Of a DNA stretch of 48,346 nt, positions 47,999-48,346 are shown one piece after another; within the stretch, counting starts at the first letter, position 1; each line of letters opens with the position of its first letter. Below the pieces are notes generated by a model that worked only from the letters and a program-made list of their open reading frames with translations, was not told where the DNA came from and did not search any database. A program made the position numbers and the translations under genes. The stretch is taken from the NCBI GenBank assembly GCA_030141605.1, contig JAQGDQ010001305.1, positions 1 to 48,346 of the forward strand, read 5' to 3'. This DNA is from Tubiluchus corallicola (taxonomy: Eukaryota; Animalia; Priapulida).

Positions 47999-48346
47999 GT
48001 AAGCAGTATGTTGTAGCAGCGCGGTATCATTTCTGGTGCTAAGTTCGTCTAAAATGCACTTTATTTAATTATTTATTAAGTTATTTAATTTATAAATCTC
48101 TTTTCTTTAATAATACAGTAAGTTCTCGCTTAGCGACGCCCCGTTTAGGGACGTTTCGTTTTAACAACGCTGAAAATTTCTGGTGCTAAGTTCATCTAAA
48201 ATGCACTGTATTGTGTAGCACTTAAATTTTCATTAAAATTCAATAAAGTTTTTACAACTTAAAATCCTTCTCTCATTACAAATATTCAATTTATTTTATT
48301 ATAATCTTACTGTAAAACTTGCTTCTTTTGATTTTTTATCACTATG

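Overview
Eukaryotic, AT-rich, intron-containing animal DNA. The 5S-derived sequence resembles invertebrate, possibly lophotrochozoan, 5S rRNA (inference). I reconstructed four protein-coding genes by hand. (1) An unrecognised minus-strand gene, CDS join 11180-11170, 10641-10468, 8493-8362, 7747-7639, 5557-5147 (278 aa). It encodes two divergent Myt1/C2HC-like zinc fingers (C-x5-C-GGxGN-x7-H-x5-C), a PY-NLS-like motif and an acidic/aromatic tail, and has a candidate TATA promoter and several tiny non-coding 5' exons; the ORF track misses it almost entirely. (2) The last coding exon of FAM210A (minus), with no upstream exon that I could find. (3) SURF6 (plus, 3 coding exons, 436 aa). (4) The 5' part of SUCO (SUN-domain ossification factor, plus), running off the window. 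The rest is non-autonomous DNA transposons (hAT-, Tigger/pogo-, Kolobok- and piggyBac-like), a 5S-rRNA-headed SINE with a 12-bp TSD nested in a MITE, and about ten unrelated minisatellites, one carrying a 40-bp hairpin in each 137-bp unit. No CRISPR or prokaryotic features. Family assignments come from motif recall, not database searches.
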